Below, one piece after another: positions 49,122 to 58,879 of a DNA stretch of 64,000 bases. Source of the stretch: a virus (Duplodnaviria; Caudoviricetes); the IMG/VR virus record IMGVR_UViG_3300031992_000040, positions 32,001 to 96,000 of that record. The stretch is one strand, 5' to 3'. Within the stretch, counting starts at the first letter, position 1. Each line of letters opens with the position of its first letter. Under the pieces are notes generated by a model. That model had not been told where the DNA came from and made no database searches. It saw nothing but the letters and a program-made list of their open reading frames with translations. Made by a program: the position numbers and the translations under genes.

Positions 49122-49522
49122 CTCTCTTTAAATATTTTTCTATCAATCCAAAAGAAAATGATACCACCAATTAAATTGGCTATTATTGTTTCTAAAATAG
49201 TATTTGTATGCAATAAATACAATACTATAGCCAAAGTAGGTGTGCTAAGTTGCCATCTAAATAAATACAGTAGAAACTTTTTTATAGTTAATTTCCCTTT
49301 TCCAAAACTTCTTTTATTAATAAGTTCTACTAATTCTAAATTTTTATTATTTGCTCTTTCTAACTCTTTTGTTGTATCACATAAATCTTTTGCAAAAGCC
49401 TTTATTCCTTCATCTTTTATTTTTATAATATCATTTAATCTTTCAATTTCTTTCTTGTATTCTTCTATTGTTGGGTCTTGCCATCTTGTTAAAACCTCAA
49501 CTTCTTTTCCATCATCTGCCAT
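49118..49522 (-). CDS. Coiled-coil protein with C-terminal two-TM (GtrA-like) segment
   Basis: YLFRWQLSTP...IANLIGG.IFFWIDR.IF. Confidence 0.55.
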   Translation of the reverse strand: MADDGKEVEVLTRWQDPTIEEYKKEIERLNDIIKIKDEGIKAFAKDLCDTTKELERANNKNLELVELINKRSFGKGKLTIKKFLLYLFRWQLSTPTLAIVLYLLHTNTILETIIANLIGGIIFFWIDRKIFKER

Positions 49523-49854
49523 TATTCCTCCCAACCAAGTTCATCGTATTGCATTTGTATTGCTAATAATTCTTTTTTATTAAGTGGAGCACTAATTCTA
49601 CAATTATGTTTTTTAGAATACGCCCCAATCCAGACTCTTTTTGTATAAAATCTAAATTCTATATCTTGTATAAAGTCTTCGTTTTCACTACGGTATAATA
49701 TATACGGTTCATCCTGCGTTACCCAACCACCATTTTCTTTGTTATTAGAAATATTATGGCATATTTTTTTATACCCAAGTTCAGCAAATAAATCTTCTGC
49801 CATTTTATTTTCCAATAGTGTAACGCAATTTTTGTTCACATCCGTCTCCGTCAC
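49522..49854 (-). CDS. Hypothetical protein
   Basis: A..LF.ELGY ... EL.AI.....ELGW pattern; true start may be internal. Confidence 0.5.
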   Translation of the reverse strand: MTETDVNKNCVTLLENKMAEDLFAELGYKKICHNISNNKENGGWVTQDEPYILYRSENEDFIQDIEFRFYTKRVWIGAYSKKHNCRISAPLNKKELLAIQMQYDELGWEE

Positions 49855-50086
49855 AATATATATGTCCGCTCAACATATATATATTATTACCGTAGTTAAC
49901 GTGACGATGGCAATTAGGACATTCTACGGTATAATTTAACTCATCATCACTATTATTTTTATCGATTATTTTTATTGGCGGTTGAGATAAACTTGCATAT
50001 ATATATTCATCTAAGCTTCTATCTACAAAATTTTCTCCAGTTATTGTGGCATTTATCATTTTTGCCACCAAATCTATTTTATTCAT
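49805..50086 (-). CDS. Zn-ribbon hypothetical protein
   Basis: CPNC...C...C. Confidence 0.5.
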   Translation of the reverse strand: MNKIDLVAKMINATITGENFVDRSLDEYIYASLSQPPIKIIDKNNSDDELNYTVECPNCHRHVNYGNNIYMLSGHIYCDGDGCEQKLRYTIGK

Positions 50087-50087
50087 A

Positions 50088-50867
50088 TTAATTACCTTTT
50101 AAGAATACATCGTTTTCTTTTTCGTATTCTCTTAATTTATCCCAAAACTCTCCAGTTTCAAAAGTATATTCTTCCCAATATCTATCCCAATATTCATCTT
50201 TAATACAACCACGCTCATCTAACCATTCCTTTGGAGGCAATTCTCCTTTTTCGTTCATCCTATGGTCGCCTTCTTTATAGTCATATTCAAACCCTATTGT
50301 TTTAATATTATAGCCACGATATTCATCTCCACCGATAGTTATATAAGAATCTTTATTAAAAATAAATCTTTTTAAAAATTCATCGTCATTAAATACTTTA
50401 TCAAAAAAATCTTTTCTATCAGCAAATTCTCCAACGTGGTCAACAAATGGGTGAAACCAACTTCTATCTAAAAAGTCATATTCTTCACTTTTTTCTCCAT
50501 TTGTGTCGATACATTTGAAAATATCATTAGGTTTTGGGTCATTTTTATATGGTTTATATTCAACAATATTATAAACTTCATTATATATTTTATTTATTCT
50601 TTCTTTAAAAGAGTTAACCATATCTTTTGTTATTTGATATTGGTCTTTACTCCACTCATACCCTACTAATTCACGAATTGTAATATATAAATAGGCTAAT
50701 TTCTCATCCCAATCATCGACAAGCCTACTTTCTTCTCTCCCATAAGCATAATTGTGGTCTAAACTATCATTAAGATTATAATTTTCTTCATCAACTTCGT
50801 GTGGAATAACTAATGCGTGTGTAGAAGAAGAATTGGTTTCAAATGTCCCTTTTCTAATTAATTTCAT
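50088..50867 (-). CDS. FETNSSSTH-motif protein 4
   Basis: N-term MKLIRKGTFETNSSSTHAL; VDH; GGDE; ends KGN. Confidence 0.8.
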   Translation of the reverse strand: MKLIRKGTFETNSSSTHALVIPHEVDEENYNLNDSLDHNYAYGREESRLVDDWDEKLAYLYITIRELVGYEWSKDQYQITKDMVNSFKERINKIYNEVYNIVEYKPYKNDPKPNDIFKCIDTNGEKSEEYDFLDRSWFHPFVDHVGEFADRKDFFDKVFNDDEFLKRFIFNKDSYITIGGDEYRGYNIKTIGFEYDYKEGDHRMNEKGELPPKEWLDERGCIKDEYWDRYWEEYTFETGEFWDKLREYEKENDVFLKGN

Positions 50868-51227
50868 TTACCATCTATCTCCTTTATAAATACTCATAAT
50901 TATTTTATCATCAAGTTCTTTTTGTTCAACTTCTGCATAATTATTTATATATTCTGGAGAGGCATTTCCATCTTCAATTACATCATAGTAATCACTTTCC
51001 ATAAAATCATATTCGTTATCAAAATGCTCCCCATTATAATCTATAGAGCCATCTGCATTTCTTATGATTTTTTTATCGTTATCACTTAAATCTTCAACTT
51101 CTCCAGTATAAAGATTTAAAACCTTTTCATTATTTTGCCAAGCCTTATAGTCTTCTTTAGACATAATTACAAGTGCGTGTGTGCTACTACTGTTAGTTTC
51201 AAAAGTATTTCTTCTTATTAATTTCAT
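50868..51227 (-). CDS. FETNSSSTH-motif protein 3
   Basis: N-term MKLIRRNTFETNSSSTHAL after AGAGGTG RBS. Confidence 0.8.
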   Translation of the reverse strand: MKLIRRNTFETNSSSTHALVIMSKEDYKAWQNNEKVLNLYTGEVEDLSDNDKKIIRNADGSIDYNGEHFDNEYDFMESDYYDVIEDGNASPEYINNYAEVEQKELDDKIIMSIYKGDRW

Positions 51228-51237
51228 ATTGACACCT

Positions 51238-51759
51238 CTAATTTCCTTTATAATAATGATAATAGTCTGGGTTATCATCTAAATCATCTAAATCATAGCC
51301 ATCATCATTATCATTTCCAGTTCTTACATAACCATCTAAAATGGCATTAACAAATAATTCTTCATTTCCAAATATTTCATCAAGAAAATCCTTTAATTCT
51401 TCACAATGGTCTACATAACCTTGCATACTATCTAAATATCTCCATTTTAAATTTCCGTCATCATCATAACTTTCATCAAATTTAGGCTCTTCAAATTCTA
51501 TTTTTTTATAATAAGGACTTAATATATCTATGATTTTTTGTTTATATTCTTCATATTTGTCTGGATAAACGTCACATATTGCTGTCCAAATGTAATCGGT
51601 AAGAGTATGTTTCCCATATTCCCATCCGAAATCACTAATTCCAAAATGAATAGATGGACGCTTTCCATATAATGATTTATCTATTTTTCTAGGAATTGTT
51701 ATTGCGTGAGTTGAAGATGAATTTGTTTCAAAAGTTTTTAGTCTAATTATCTTTGTCAT
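51238..51759 (-). CDS. FETNSSSTH-motif protein 2
   Basis: MTKIIRLKTFETNSSSTHAI; YVDH; TGNDN; ends KGN. Confidence 0.8.
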   Translation of the reverse strand: MTKIIRLKTFETNSSSTHAITIPRKIDKSLYGKRPSIHFGISDFGWEYGKHTLTDYIWTAICDVYPDKYEEYKQKIIDILSPYYKKIEFEEPKFDESYDDDGNLKWRYLDSMQGYVDHCEELKDFLDEIFGNEELFVNAILDGYVRTGNDNDDGYDLDDLDDNPDYYHYYKGN

Positions 51760-52171
51760 TTTTATCACTCAATTCTGTATACTCTAAATATAGTTCTTTA
51801 AAACTATCATCTATTTGAGCATAATATTCGAACTTCTTTTGTTTATCAATTTCTTTAAATTTGCTTTCCATCTTTTCTTGAAGTTCCTTCATTCTCTTTT
51901 TTCTTTCAATTTCTTCTACCCAGTCTGATAAATTTATATCTTTTAAATATCTATATTCTTTTGCAGAAGAAGGAATAAAATCTTCTTGACAAAATTCTTT
52001 ATATACTTTCCCTATAAAAACTCCACATCCTATATGTTCAACTACTACAAAAGAATCTTCTTTTAATTTTTTATTAGATGCCATAATAATACTATCTCTG
52101 CTATTAATTCTTAATATCCCACTAGCATATTCTACTGTGTAATAATATATTTTATTTTTACTTTTTTTCAT
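51743..52171 (-). CDS. Hypothetical protein
   Basis: ORF within motif-protein cluster. Confidence 0.55.
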   Translation of the reverse strand: MKKSKNKIYYYTVEYASGILRINSRDSIIMASNKKLKEDSFVVVEHIGCGVFIGKVYKEFCQEDFIPSSAKEYRYLKDINLSDWVEEIERKKRMKELQEKMESKFKEIDKQKKFEYYAQIDDSFKELYLEYTELSDKNDKDN

Positions 52172-52172
52172 G

Positions 52173-52643
52173 TTAATCTCTCCCAAATTCTATATCTTTT
52201 CCGTCTTGTAATACTTCTGCGAGCAAATCTCTTTCTTCATCTACAAGGTCTTCTAAAACTTCGCTTAAACTATGGTTCCAACTTATAAGTTGATGATTTA
52301 TTACCGTTAAATCTTCAACATTTCCACTGTATTTAGGAAAAACAATTTTCTTTCCATAATTATCTGAAACATATTGCTCAATTCTTTTGAAATCCCAGTT
52401 ATTTTTTACTTGTTCAATTAAATCTTCATAATCTTCTGCATTATATTGATACCAACTTGCAATATGAGATACCAAATAAGACACTTTTTCTTCTAGTGTG
52501 GTCAAAGTTTCTTCTTCATCAAACCACCTTATCTTTATGTTGTTTCCAAAAGGAGCATAATCTTTTCCCAGTGTTCTTCCAATAGTTAAAGCGTGTGTGC
52601 TACTACTATTTGTCTCAAACACGCTATTTCTAATTTTTCTCAT
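52173..52643 (-). CDS. FETNSSSTH-motif protein 1
   Basis: MRKIRNSVFETNSSSTHAL; INHQ; ends EFGRD. Confidence 0.8.
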   Translation of the reverse strand: MRKIRNSVFETNSSSTHALTIGRTLGKDYAPFGNNIKIRWFDEEETLTTLEEKVSYLVSHIASWYQYNAEDYEDLIEQVKNNWDFKRIEQYVSDNYGKKIVFPKYSGNVEDLTVINHQLISWNHSLSEVLEDLVDEERDLLAEVLQDGKDIEFGRD

Positions 52644-53022
52644 ATAATTGTTCCTCCAACATCTTTATTTTTTCTTCTAATTCATTAATTTTTAATTCCA
52701 TAGCACCACCATTTAGCCATTTATTTAAATAACCTTCATCAAATTCACGATGTTGCACTACTGATTGACAAAATAAGTCACAAGCTGTGCTTAACATTCT
52801 CTGTATTTGACACGCTTGTTCCCTATTTAAATGTGAATATTCTTCTTTTTGATATATTATACCTTTATTATCTTCTCCATAATAACAAACCATATCATAA
52901 GAAATTTCCCTAATCATCTTGAGAACTTCTTTTAGAGTTAATTTAGAACAAACATCTCTTAAAACCTCGTCCATTCGTTCATAAATCATTTCATCATCAT
53001 AAAAACTCTTCCTCGTCTCCAT
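52630..53022 (-). CDS. Hypothetical protein
   Basis: Coupled ORF. Confidence 0.55.
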   Translation of the reverse strand: METRKSFYDDEMIYERMDEVLRDVCSKLTLKEVLKMIREISYDMVCYYGEDNKGIIYQKEEYSHLNREQACQIQRMLSTACDLFCQSVVQHREFDEGYLNKWLNGGAMELKINELEEKIKMLEEQLYEKN

Positions 53023-53329
53023 CTTCTTCCACCTCCTTTGTTAATTCATCTACTGTTTTATTTGCCTCTTTTAATTCAATTTTTAAATTTGACATTTCTT
53101 TCTTTTGCTCTTTTAATTGATTATATGCCTCTGCATATTTATCGTGATAATATAAGTATTGATTAAAACCCTCTGCCTTTTCTTCTAAAAGTGCCATATA
53201 TTTTTGAGTTAATTCTCTTATTTCATTCTCTAAATCTTCTATTTCTTTATCTCTTTTTCTGTATTTCTTTTGAGGTCGATTTTTACCATCTTGATTTTCT
53301 TGATGATTTAAAATATTAAATATTCCCAT
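52997..53329 (-). CDS. Coiled-coil hypothetical protein
   Basis: GGAGG RBS. Confidence 0.55.
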   Translation of the reverse strand: MGIFNILNHQENQDGKNRPQKKYRKRDKEIEDLENEIRELTQKYMALLEEKAEGFNQYLYYHDKYAEAYNQLKEQKKEMSNLKIELKEANKTVDELTKEVEEDGDEEEFL

Positions 53330-53341
53330 ATTTTTCCTCCA

Positions 53342-53830
53342 TTATTTAAAAAGATTTTTAAAATCTTCGTCCGTATATCTCCTATTTTTATATTCGGTAT
53401 TAAGATTTTTTGCTGCTTTCCATATCTCTGATATAAAAAACTGTCTCTGTTCTGATTGACACAATCTGTTTTTATACAAATTATAAACTCTCCTAATTTC
53501 TATATCTTTGACTATCTCTCTCCTTTCCAATCTCTTGTCTTTTATTGCTTTAACAATTTTTGTGCATTGAGTTGGTTTTAAATCATTATTTTCTATATAA
53601 TGACACAAATCGCTTAATTCTTCATCGACTCTTGATTGTTCATCATTTAAACTATCAAAATAATTGTCTATAACATATAATTTTTCACAAACTTCTTGTA
53701 TTTTTTTTACAATTTCTGTGCAATTAATTTCTTCTTTTTCTTCTTCATATTCTTTAAGATTTTGTTCATCTTCTGTTGTTATAATATCAAGTTCTGCGAT
53801 GTCTTCTAAACTTTTTACCTTTTTAACCAT
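53342..53830 (-). CDS. Coiled-coil hypothetical protein
   Basis: D.ELSDL.HYIE...R..RR..K pattern. Confidence 0.6.
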   Translation of the reverse strand: MVKKVKSLEDIAELDIITTEDEQNLKEYEEEKEEINCTEIVKKIQEVCEKLYVIDNYFDSLNDEQSRVDEELSDLCHYIENNDLKPTQCTKIVKAIKDKRLERREIVKDIEIRRVYNLYKNRLCQSEQRQFFISEIWKAAKNLNTEYKNRRYTDEDFKNLFK

Positions 53831-53834
53831 TATA

Positions 53835-54731
53835 TTACTCTCCTAAATCATCTTGATGAAGCATTATATTTTTAATTGCTTCCTTGTTTGAATGTGCATA
53901 AGTATTTGTTATTGCGATATTTGTATGACCAACCATATCACGAATATTACTAATTGGTGTTCCTTTATCTATCATTTTTGTAATGAAACTATGCCTAAAA
54001 GTATGTGCTGAAACCTCTCGATACCAAGAAATACCTGCTTTCCTAGCAATTTTCTTTAGATATTCATTAAATTGATGTAAACCCAAAGTTTTTCCAGTGT
54101 TCGTAATAAACAATAGGTCTGTATCTAAATTTAATTCTCTAATAATTCCTTTTCTTCTATTGTTAATAAATATATTACACAAATATTGGCAATTAGGTGT
54201 AAACCATATTGTTCTTTCTTTATTTCCTTTACCGATTATAGTAGCATAACCATTTTGAATATCTGTGCAAGTAATTTGTATCATCTCAGAAAATCTTACA
54301 CCCGTAGTAGACAATATAGACATAGCCGCTTTCATTTTTGTGTTAATAGCAATATTCATCATTTGTTGCATTTGTTCTTCTGTTAAATATTTCTTTTCTT
54401 TTTGTTGTTGTTTTGGCGGTTTAAGTTGTTGTATCTTTTTATCAATATTATAATCTTTAACAAATTCTAAATAATTAAATAATAATTTTACTGAAATTAA
54501 TTTTATTTTTCTAGTTGCTGGAGAATTATTTCTATCTGTTAACATTTGCAACCAATCTATTATTGTTTTAGATTTTGCATTAGTCAAATCTTCCATATTT
54601 TCTATATTCATTTCCTTAATAAATTCTCTACAATGTTGAGAATAAAATGTAGCACTTTTTTCACTTTTTCCCTCAACTTTTAATTCATAAATATAGAAAT
54701 CATCTATTAATTTTTCTAAATCTTTATTCAT
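53835..54731 (-). CDS. Tyrosine recombinase (XerC/D-like integrase family)
   Basis: TGVRFSE, GKGNKER, HTFRHSF, VGH.....T..Y catalytic residues. Confidence 0.92.
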   Translation of the reverse strand: MNKDLEKLIDDFYIYELKVEGKSEKSATFYSQHCREFIKEMNIENMEDLTNAKSKTIIDWLQMLTDRNNSPATRKIKLISVKLLFNYLEFVKDYNIDKKIQQLKPPKQQQKEKKYLTEEQMQQMMNIAINTKMKAAMSILSTTGVRFSEMIQITCTDIQNGYATIIGKGNKERTIWFTPNCQYLCNIFINNRRKGIIRELNLDTDLLFITNTGKTLGLHQFNEYLKKIARKAGISWYREVSAHTFRHSFITKMIDKGTPISNIRDMVGHTNIAITNTYAHSNKEAIKNIMLHQDDLGE

Positions 54732-54746
54732 TTTTTATTTGCCCCC

Positions 54747-55061
54747 TTATTGATTGTTAAATTTTTTTACCTCATCTAAATTAATTTCATATAATGGGTA
54801 TGTGCAAAACCCACTTTGAAAATTCTTTCCAAGAGGTTTACCTAAATTATTTTCCTCTATAAATTTTTCCACCCAAGAACAATTATTTGTATCTAAATAT
54901 GCTTGATTTTCTGCCAAACCCTCCTCTAAATTTTTTGTAATAATAGCATAAGGTTCTCCGATTTCATCATATAAAGTTAGTGCCAAATTGTTCCAATAAC
55001 TATATCTGCTCACTTCTATCTTCTTTATTAGATAGCCGTTTATTCTTCTTTTTTCTTCCAC
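54747..55061 (-). CDS. DUF4313-like protein
   Basis: GEPY..IT.NL...AYLDTNN...FI....LG.....SGFC.YPLY. Confidence 0.65.
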   Translation of the reverse strand: MEEKRRINGYLIKKIEVSRYSYWNNLALTLYDEIGEPYAIITKNLEEGLAENQAYLDTNNCSWVEKFIEENNLGKPLGKNFQSGFCTYPLYEINLDEVKKFNNQ

Positions 55062-55260
55062 GTTTTATTTCCTTTCTTTCCTCCTCTGTGATTGATAATT
55101 TATAAAATGTTCCATCATATTTTACTTTCACAGTAGGAATTTCTTTCTTTATATAATCTGCTTGTTCTTCTAAAAATACGGTAGCAACACCACTTGATGT
55201 TAAATCGCTTATAGCGTCCCTAACAACTGCTCTAAAATAACCATTTTCTTCTTCTAACAT
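55000..55260 (-). CDS. Hypothetical protein
   Basis: ORF in operon. Confidence 0.45.
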   Translation of the reverse strand: MLEEENGYFRAVVRDAISDLTSSGVATVFLEEQADYIKKEIPTVKVKYDGTFYKLSITEEERKEIKRGRKKKNKRLSNKEDRSEQI

Positions 55261-55751
55261 TGTATCTTATACCTTTCTTTATTTCTATATTTTCCTTTTA
55301 CTATACCCTCTATGGTTGTATATGAAACACCATATACTTCAGCCAATTTTCTATAACTGATTTTAGTGTTTGGGTTATTAATTTCTCCCTTATCTTTATA
55401 TTTATTATATATGTATTTAATTTCCTCTGCTTGTTCGTCCGTTAATTTAGCCGTCTTGTTCTTTTCTCCGTGAAGAATATCTTTGTTTTCTATTGCCATT
55501 AAATTATCTACGGAATAATCATCTTTATCATTATTTTTTCTTGTTATTACAATGTTGGTATTATTTATATCAAAACTATCTTGATGAAAAGCAAAATAAA
55601 TTAATCTAATATACGAAATATTTTGTTTCTTACCATTTTCCATACAAATTTTAATTTGTTTTCTTTTCTTTATTAATTTATTTGATTTTTTTCCAATAAT
55701 ATCACCATTTTCATATATTTTATAACCAAATAATTCTATGAATTTTTCCAT
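55254..55751 (-). CDS. Degenerate HNH-endonuclease-like protein with C-terminal HTH
   Basis: Y.I...G.I; RL...AF; DNL; GE.N..AKLT; LA..YGVS..TI..I; the catalytic His residues are missing. Confidence 0.6.
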   Translation of the reverse strand: MEKFIELFGYKIYENGDIIGKKSNKLIKKRKQIKICMENGKKQNISYIRLIYFAFHQDSFDINNTNIVITRKNNDKDDYSVDNLMAIENKDILHGEKNKTAKLTDEQAEEIKYIYNKYKDKGEINNPNTKISYRKLAEVYGVSYTTIEGIVKGKYRNKERYKIQC

Positions 55752-55975
55752 TTTTTAATGATATCTCCTATATTATAACAAAATATTGTAGCAAAGTCTA
55801 CCCTAATATTTTCTCCACCATTAAGAACAATTTGCACGGTTTTTTTACTGTTGTTTGTTCTATACCTTGCAATTTCCTTATTATTTTTAGCCATAAACAA
55901 TTTTAAACGAACTCTTTGACCAATAGAATCAAATTCTCTTTTTCCATATCTCTTTATAAATTCTGCATTATTCAT
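55736..55975 (-). CDS. Hypothetical protein
   Basis: AAGGAG RBS. Confidence 0.55.
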   Translation of the reverse strand: MNNAEFIKRYGKREFDSIGQRVRLKLFMAKNNKEIARYRTNNSKKTVQIVLNGGENIRVDFATIFCYNIGDIIKKWKNS

Positions 55976-56058
55976 ATATAATTATCTCCTTCTATTTTTT
56001 GATGGTAGTAACCCAGTAACAAGTAAAAATATTATAAATTCTATTATTAAATCTAACA

Positions 56059-56736
56059 TTATACCCCCTCACTTTCCTTGATACAATCTTTCCATCTATA
56101 TTCAGTATCAAAAATCTCTTTATATTCTTCATCTGTTAATAATTCAAATGTGTCAATAAAGTCTAGTTGTTCCATTACTTTATCATATAATTCTTTATTC
56201 ACATTTTTTAATTTATATTTTTCATATTCATCTTTATAAGTGTTCTGATTTAATTCAAAATACTTTCTTGCACTAATCATTTTAAAATCATCAACCCAAT
56301 CGCCAATTTCTTCGTAACCACCACCAAGACCATATTTAACTTTGCCATCTTCTCTAATGTCAATTACGAGTATGCCATTGTTATTGTCTTGATTATTAGG
56401 GTTCATTTTAAATGTTTCTGTTATGTCGCCTTTTTCTTTAGCCCACTCATATTCTTCTTTAATTAAATCAATACCCTTAACATAACTTCCAATGGTAGTG
56501 TTCATTTGAATTAAATTTTGTAGTATATCAATATCTTCTCTCCTATTGCCACTATTTGCTATGTCAAAATTTTCCTCTCTAAAATTTCCATAAGTTGCTT
56601 TTACATTTTTACTAATAAAATCTAATAATTGATAGGTTCTATTTATCATATAGTAGCCATAATTCCATTGTAAGTGCATAGCCACCAAATTCTTTTTATT
56701 TTTATATCTAATATATAACTGACTTCTTTGTCCCAT
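56059..56736 (-). CDS. Hypothetical protein (MGQR...H.QW family)
   Basis: N-terminus resembles 62039-62662. Confidence 0.6.
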   Translation of the reverse strand: MGQRSQLYIRYKNKKNLVAMHLQWNYGYYMINRTYQLLDFISKNVKATYGNFREENFDIANSGNRREDIDILQNLIQMNTTIGSYVKGIDLIKEEYEWAKEKGDITETFKMNPNNQDNNNGILVIDIREDGKVKYGLGGGYEEIGDWVDDFKMISARKYFELNQNTYKDEYEKYKLKNVNKELYDKVMEQLDFIDTFELLTDEEYKEIFDTEYRWKDCIKESEGV

Positions 56737-56737
56737 A

Positions 56738-56932
56738 TTATTTTCCCTCTTTTTCCATATATTCTTTATAAGTTATATTGCCGTTCATATAATCTAGTTG
56801 ATTTTTTAAATGTTCCACCAATGTATCAACTTCATCACTATTTAACGGTTCTTTAACCCAATCTTTATCATATTTATTTAATATTTCAATTAATTCATTT
56901 TCAAATTCCAAATCAAACATATCAAATTTCAT
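56738..56932 (-). CDS. Small acidic hypothetical protein
   Basis: Coupled ORF. Confidence 0.5.
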   Translation of the reverse strand: MKFDMFDLEFENELIEILNKYDKDWVKEPLNSDEVDTLVEHLKNQLDYMNGNITYKEYMEKEGK

Positions 56933-57137
56933 CTCCCACTTCTAAAATATCTAATATTTTCCACTCATTTTCCACAAGTGTTCCATTTTTAATATCTTCT
57001 CTTATTTCGTTTTCACTTAAACCATAAAAGAATATTTTATCATCTTCATAATCATCTTTATAATCATTTGTCGTTTTAATAATTACTTCCATTTGTGTTT
57101 TATCATCTGCATATTCTATTAAACACTTAATATACAT
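56922..57137 (-). CDS. Small acidic hypothetical protein
   Basis: AAGGAG RBS. Confidence 0.55.
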   Translation of the reverse strand: MYIKCLIEYADDKTQMEVIIKTTNDYKDDYEDDKIFFYGLSENEIREDIKNGTLVENEWKILDILEVGDEI

Positions 57138-57149
57138 ATTATCATCTCC

Positions 57150-57605
57150 TTAATTCAAATTTGTATTACTACATACTTCTTCTAAACTTGCTTTTCCAAA
57201 ACACCAAGTATCATCTATATCTTTATAGATATTTGCTTTAATATAATCTTCTAAACAACTATAAAGTCCCTTTGTGTTTACATTATATTTACTGACCTCA
57301 AAATCTTTTGCAATATTTACACACCACTCGTAAGCAATATCATTTTCTAATGGTAGAATATCTTTTAATAAATCTCTGCCTAATAGAAAGACCACATAAT
57401 TATCATATCTTTTTATTTCCACACCAAATAGTCCACCATTAACATAATGATTTTTAATATCTTCTATACTTTCTGCTAAACTTTCTGTGTTGTCTTCATA
57501 TAACTTATAAATATCAATTCTTTTAAAGTCTTTTATTGCACTTTCATAATCTTCTTCTTCCATACCAAGCCAATAATAGCCATAATCTATTAATTTATTT
57601 CTCAT
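57150..57605 (-). CDS. Hypothetical protein
   Basis: ORF in operon. Confidence 0.55.
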   Translation of the reverse strand: MRNKLIDYGYYWLGMEEEDYESAIKDFKRIDIYKLYEDNTESLAESIEDIKNHYVNGGLFGVEIKRYDNYVVFLLGRDLLKDILPLENDIAYEWCVNIAKDFEVSKYNVNTKGLYSCLEDYIKANIYKDIDDTWCFGKASLEEVCSNTNLN

Positions 57606-57606
57606 T

Positions 57607-57912
57607 TTATTCATCTCCCATTTCAAACCAAACTTTAGTTTCCAACCAATTTACTTCTACTTTTTCTTTTATTTGTTCTATTGTTGGTATCTTTTTATAA
57701 TCATCATAAAAATTGTTAATAAAATTTTCTATGTCCCTATGTAATTCATCTGCAAATTCATCATCTTGCTTTAAACCCATTTTATTTAAGTCTAATGTTA
57801 TCATATAATTTTCAATAATTGTTTCTGTATCACTAATTTCTAAATCAACTAAAACATTATTGTCTTTTAAATCTTTTATGTCCCATATACAACAAAATAA
57901 TCTATCTTTCAT
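57607..57912 (-). CDS. Hypothetical protein
   Basis: AGGAG RBS. Confidence 0.55.
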   Translation of the reverse strand: MKDRLFCCIWDIKDLKDNNVLVDLEISDTETIIENYMITLDLNKMGLKQDDEFADELHRDIENFINNFYDDYKKIPTIEQIKEKVEVNWLETKVWFEMGDE

Positions 57913-57921
57913 ATTAATCTC

Positions 57922-58188
57922 CTATAATTCATCAAACCATTTTTGTTGTTCTTCAACATTATCTGTCATTTCTGCCCTTAAATCTTCTAAATCATCAATT
58001 CCTAAAATTAAAAATCTAACTCTTTCTTCATCTCTAACATAAACCTTTACTGCTATATGTAAACTTTGTTCTAAATCATAATACATTTTAATATCTTGAA
58101 TTTGATAATCTTTAAGTCCTTCTTGAATTTTTTTCTTTTCATTTAATATATCTTTAATATCATATAATAAACTATTCATCTTTATCAT
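57922..58188 (-). CDS. Hypothetical protein
   Basis: ORF in operon. Confidence 0.5.
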   Translation of the reverse strand: MIKMNSLLYDIKDILNEKKKIQEGLKDYQIQDIKMYYDLEQSLHIAVKVYVRDEERVRFLILGIDDLEDLRAEMTDNVEEQQKWFDEL

Positions 58189-58450
58189 CTCCTATCTTAT
58201 CATATAAAATTTCTCCATTTTCATTTTTTACAACAACAACGACAGAATTTTTATCTAAATATTCAATAATTAAGTCTTGATATATGCCATTTATTATTTC
58301 TAAATACATATTTATATCTTTTTGTATTTCTTCGACACCATTACACTCAAAATAATAATCATCTAATTTAATGTTTTTAGTTTCTTTTATAATTTCTTTT
58401 TTTAATTTTTCAACTACTTGTAATGGTTTTCCTCTCAATAATTCTTCCAC
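58172..58450 (-). CDS. Hypothetical protein
   Basis: ORF in operon. Confidence 0.5.
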   Translation of the reverse strand: MEELLRGKPLQVVEKLKKEIIKETKNIKLDDYYFECNGVEEIQKDINMYLEIINGIYQDLIIEYLDKNSVVVVVKNENGEILYDKIGDDKDE

Positions 58451-58465
58451 CTCTATACACTTCCT

Positions 58466-58879
58466 TTACATATAAATATAAGTCAATATTGAATTAAAAT
58501 AATATTTTTTTCTTTCTTCATTTTTTTCATTACAATAATCTAAATAATAATTACATAAGTCCCAAATTTCATCTAACCAACTAACATAAGGAATTTCATC
58601 ATACATAAAAGCATAATCTCCATTATGTTTGTCCATAATTTCTTCCATATCATCATCATAAGATATAAAATGAAGTTCCATATAGGTTTTTTTTACATAA
58701 TCATAATCTTCTATACACCAATCTAATAATGTTTCTGCACCATCTTTTCCTCTGTTATTTATTTCATATTTTAATTGCCCCAACAATACCTCATTATATT
58801 TACTATCATTTGTTTTTTTCCAAAACTCATATAATTTTTCAATTAATTTTTCTTTCATTAATTTTTCATCTTTTTCCAT
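58466..58879 (-). CDS. Hypothetical protein
   Basis: Coupled ORF. Confidence 0.55.
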   Translation of the reverse strand: MEKDEKLMKEKLIEKLYEFWKKTNDSKYNEVLLGQLKYEINNRGKDGAETLLDWCIEDYDYVKKTYMELHFISYDDDMEEIMDKHNGDYAFMYDEIPYVSWLDEIWDLCNYYLDYCNEKNEERKKYYFNSILTYIYM

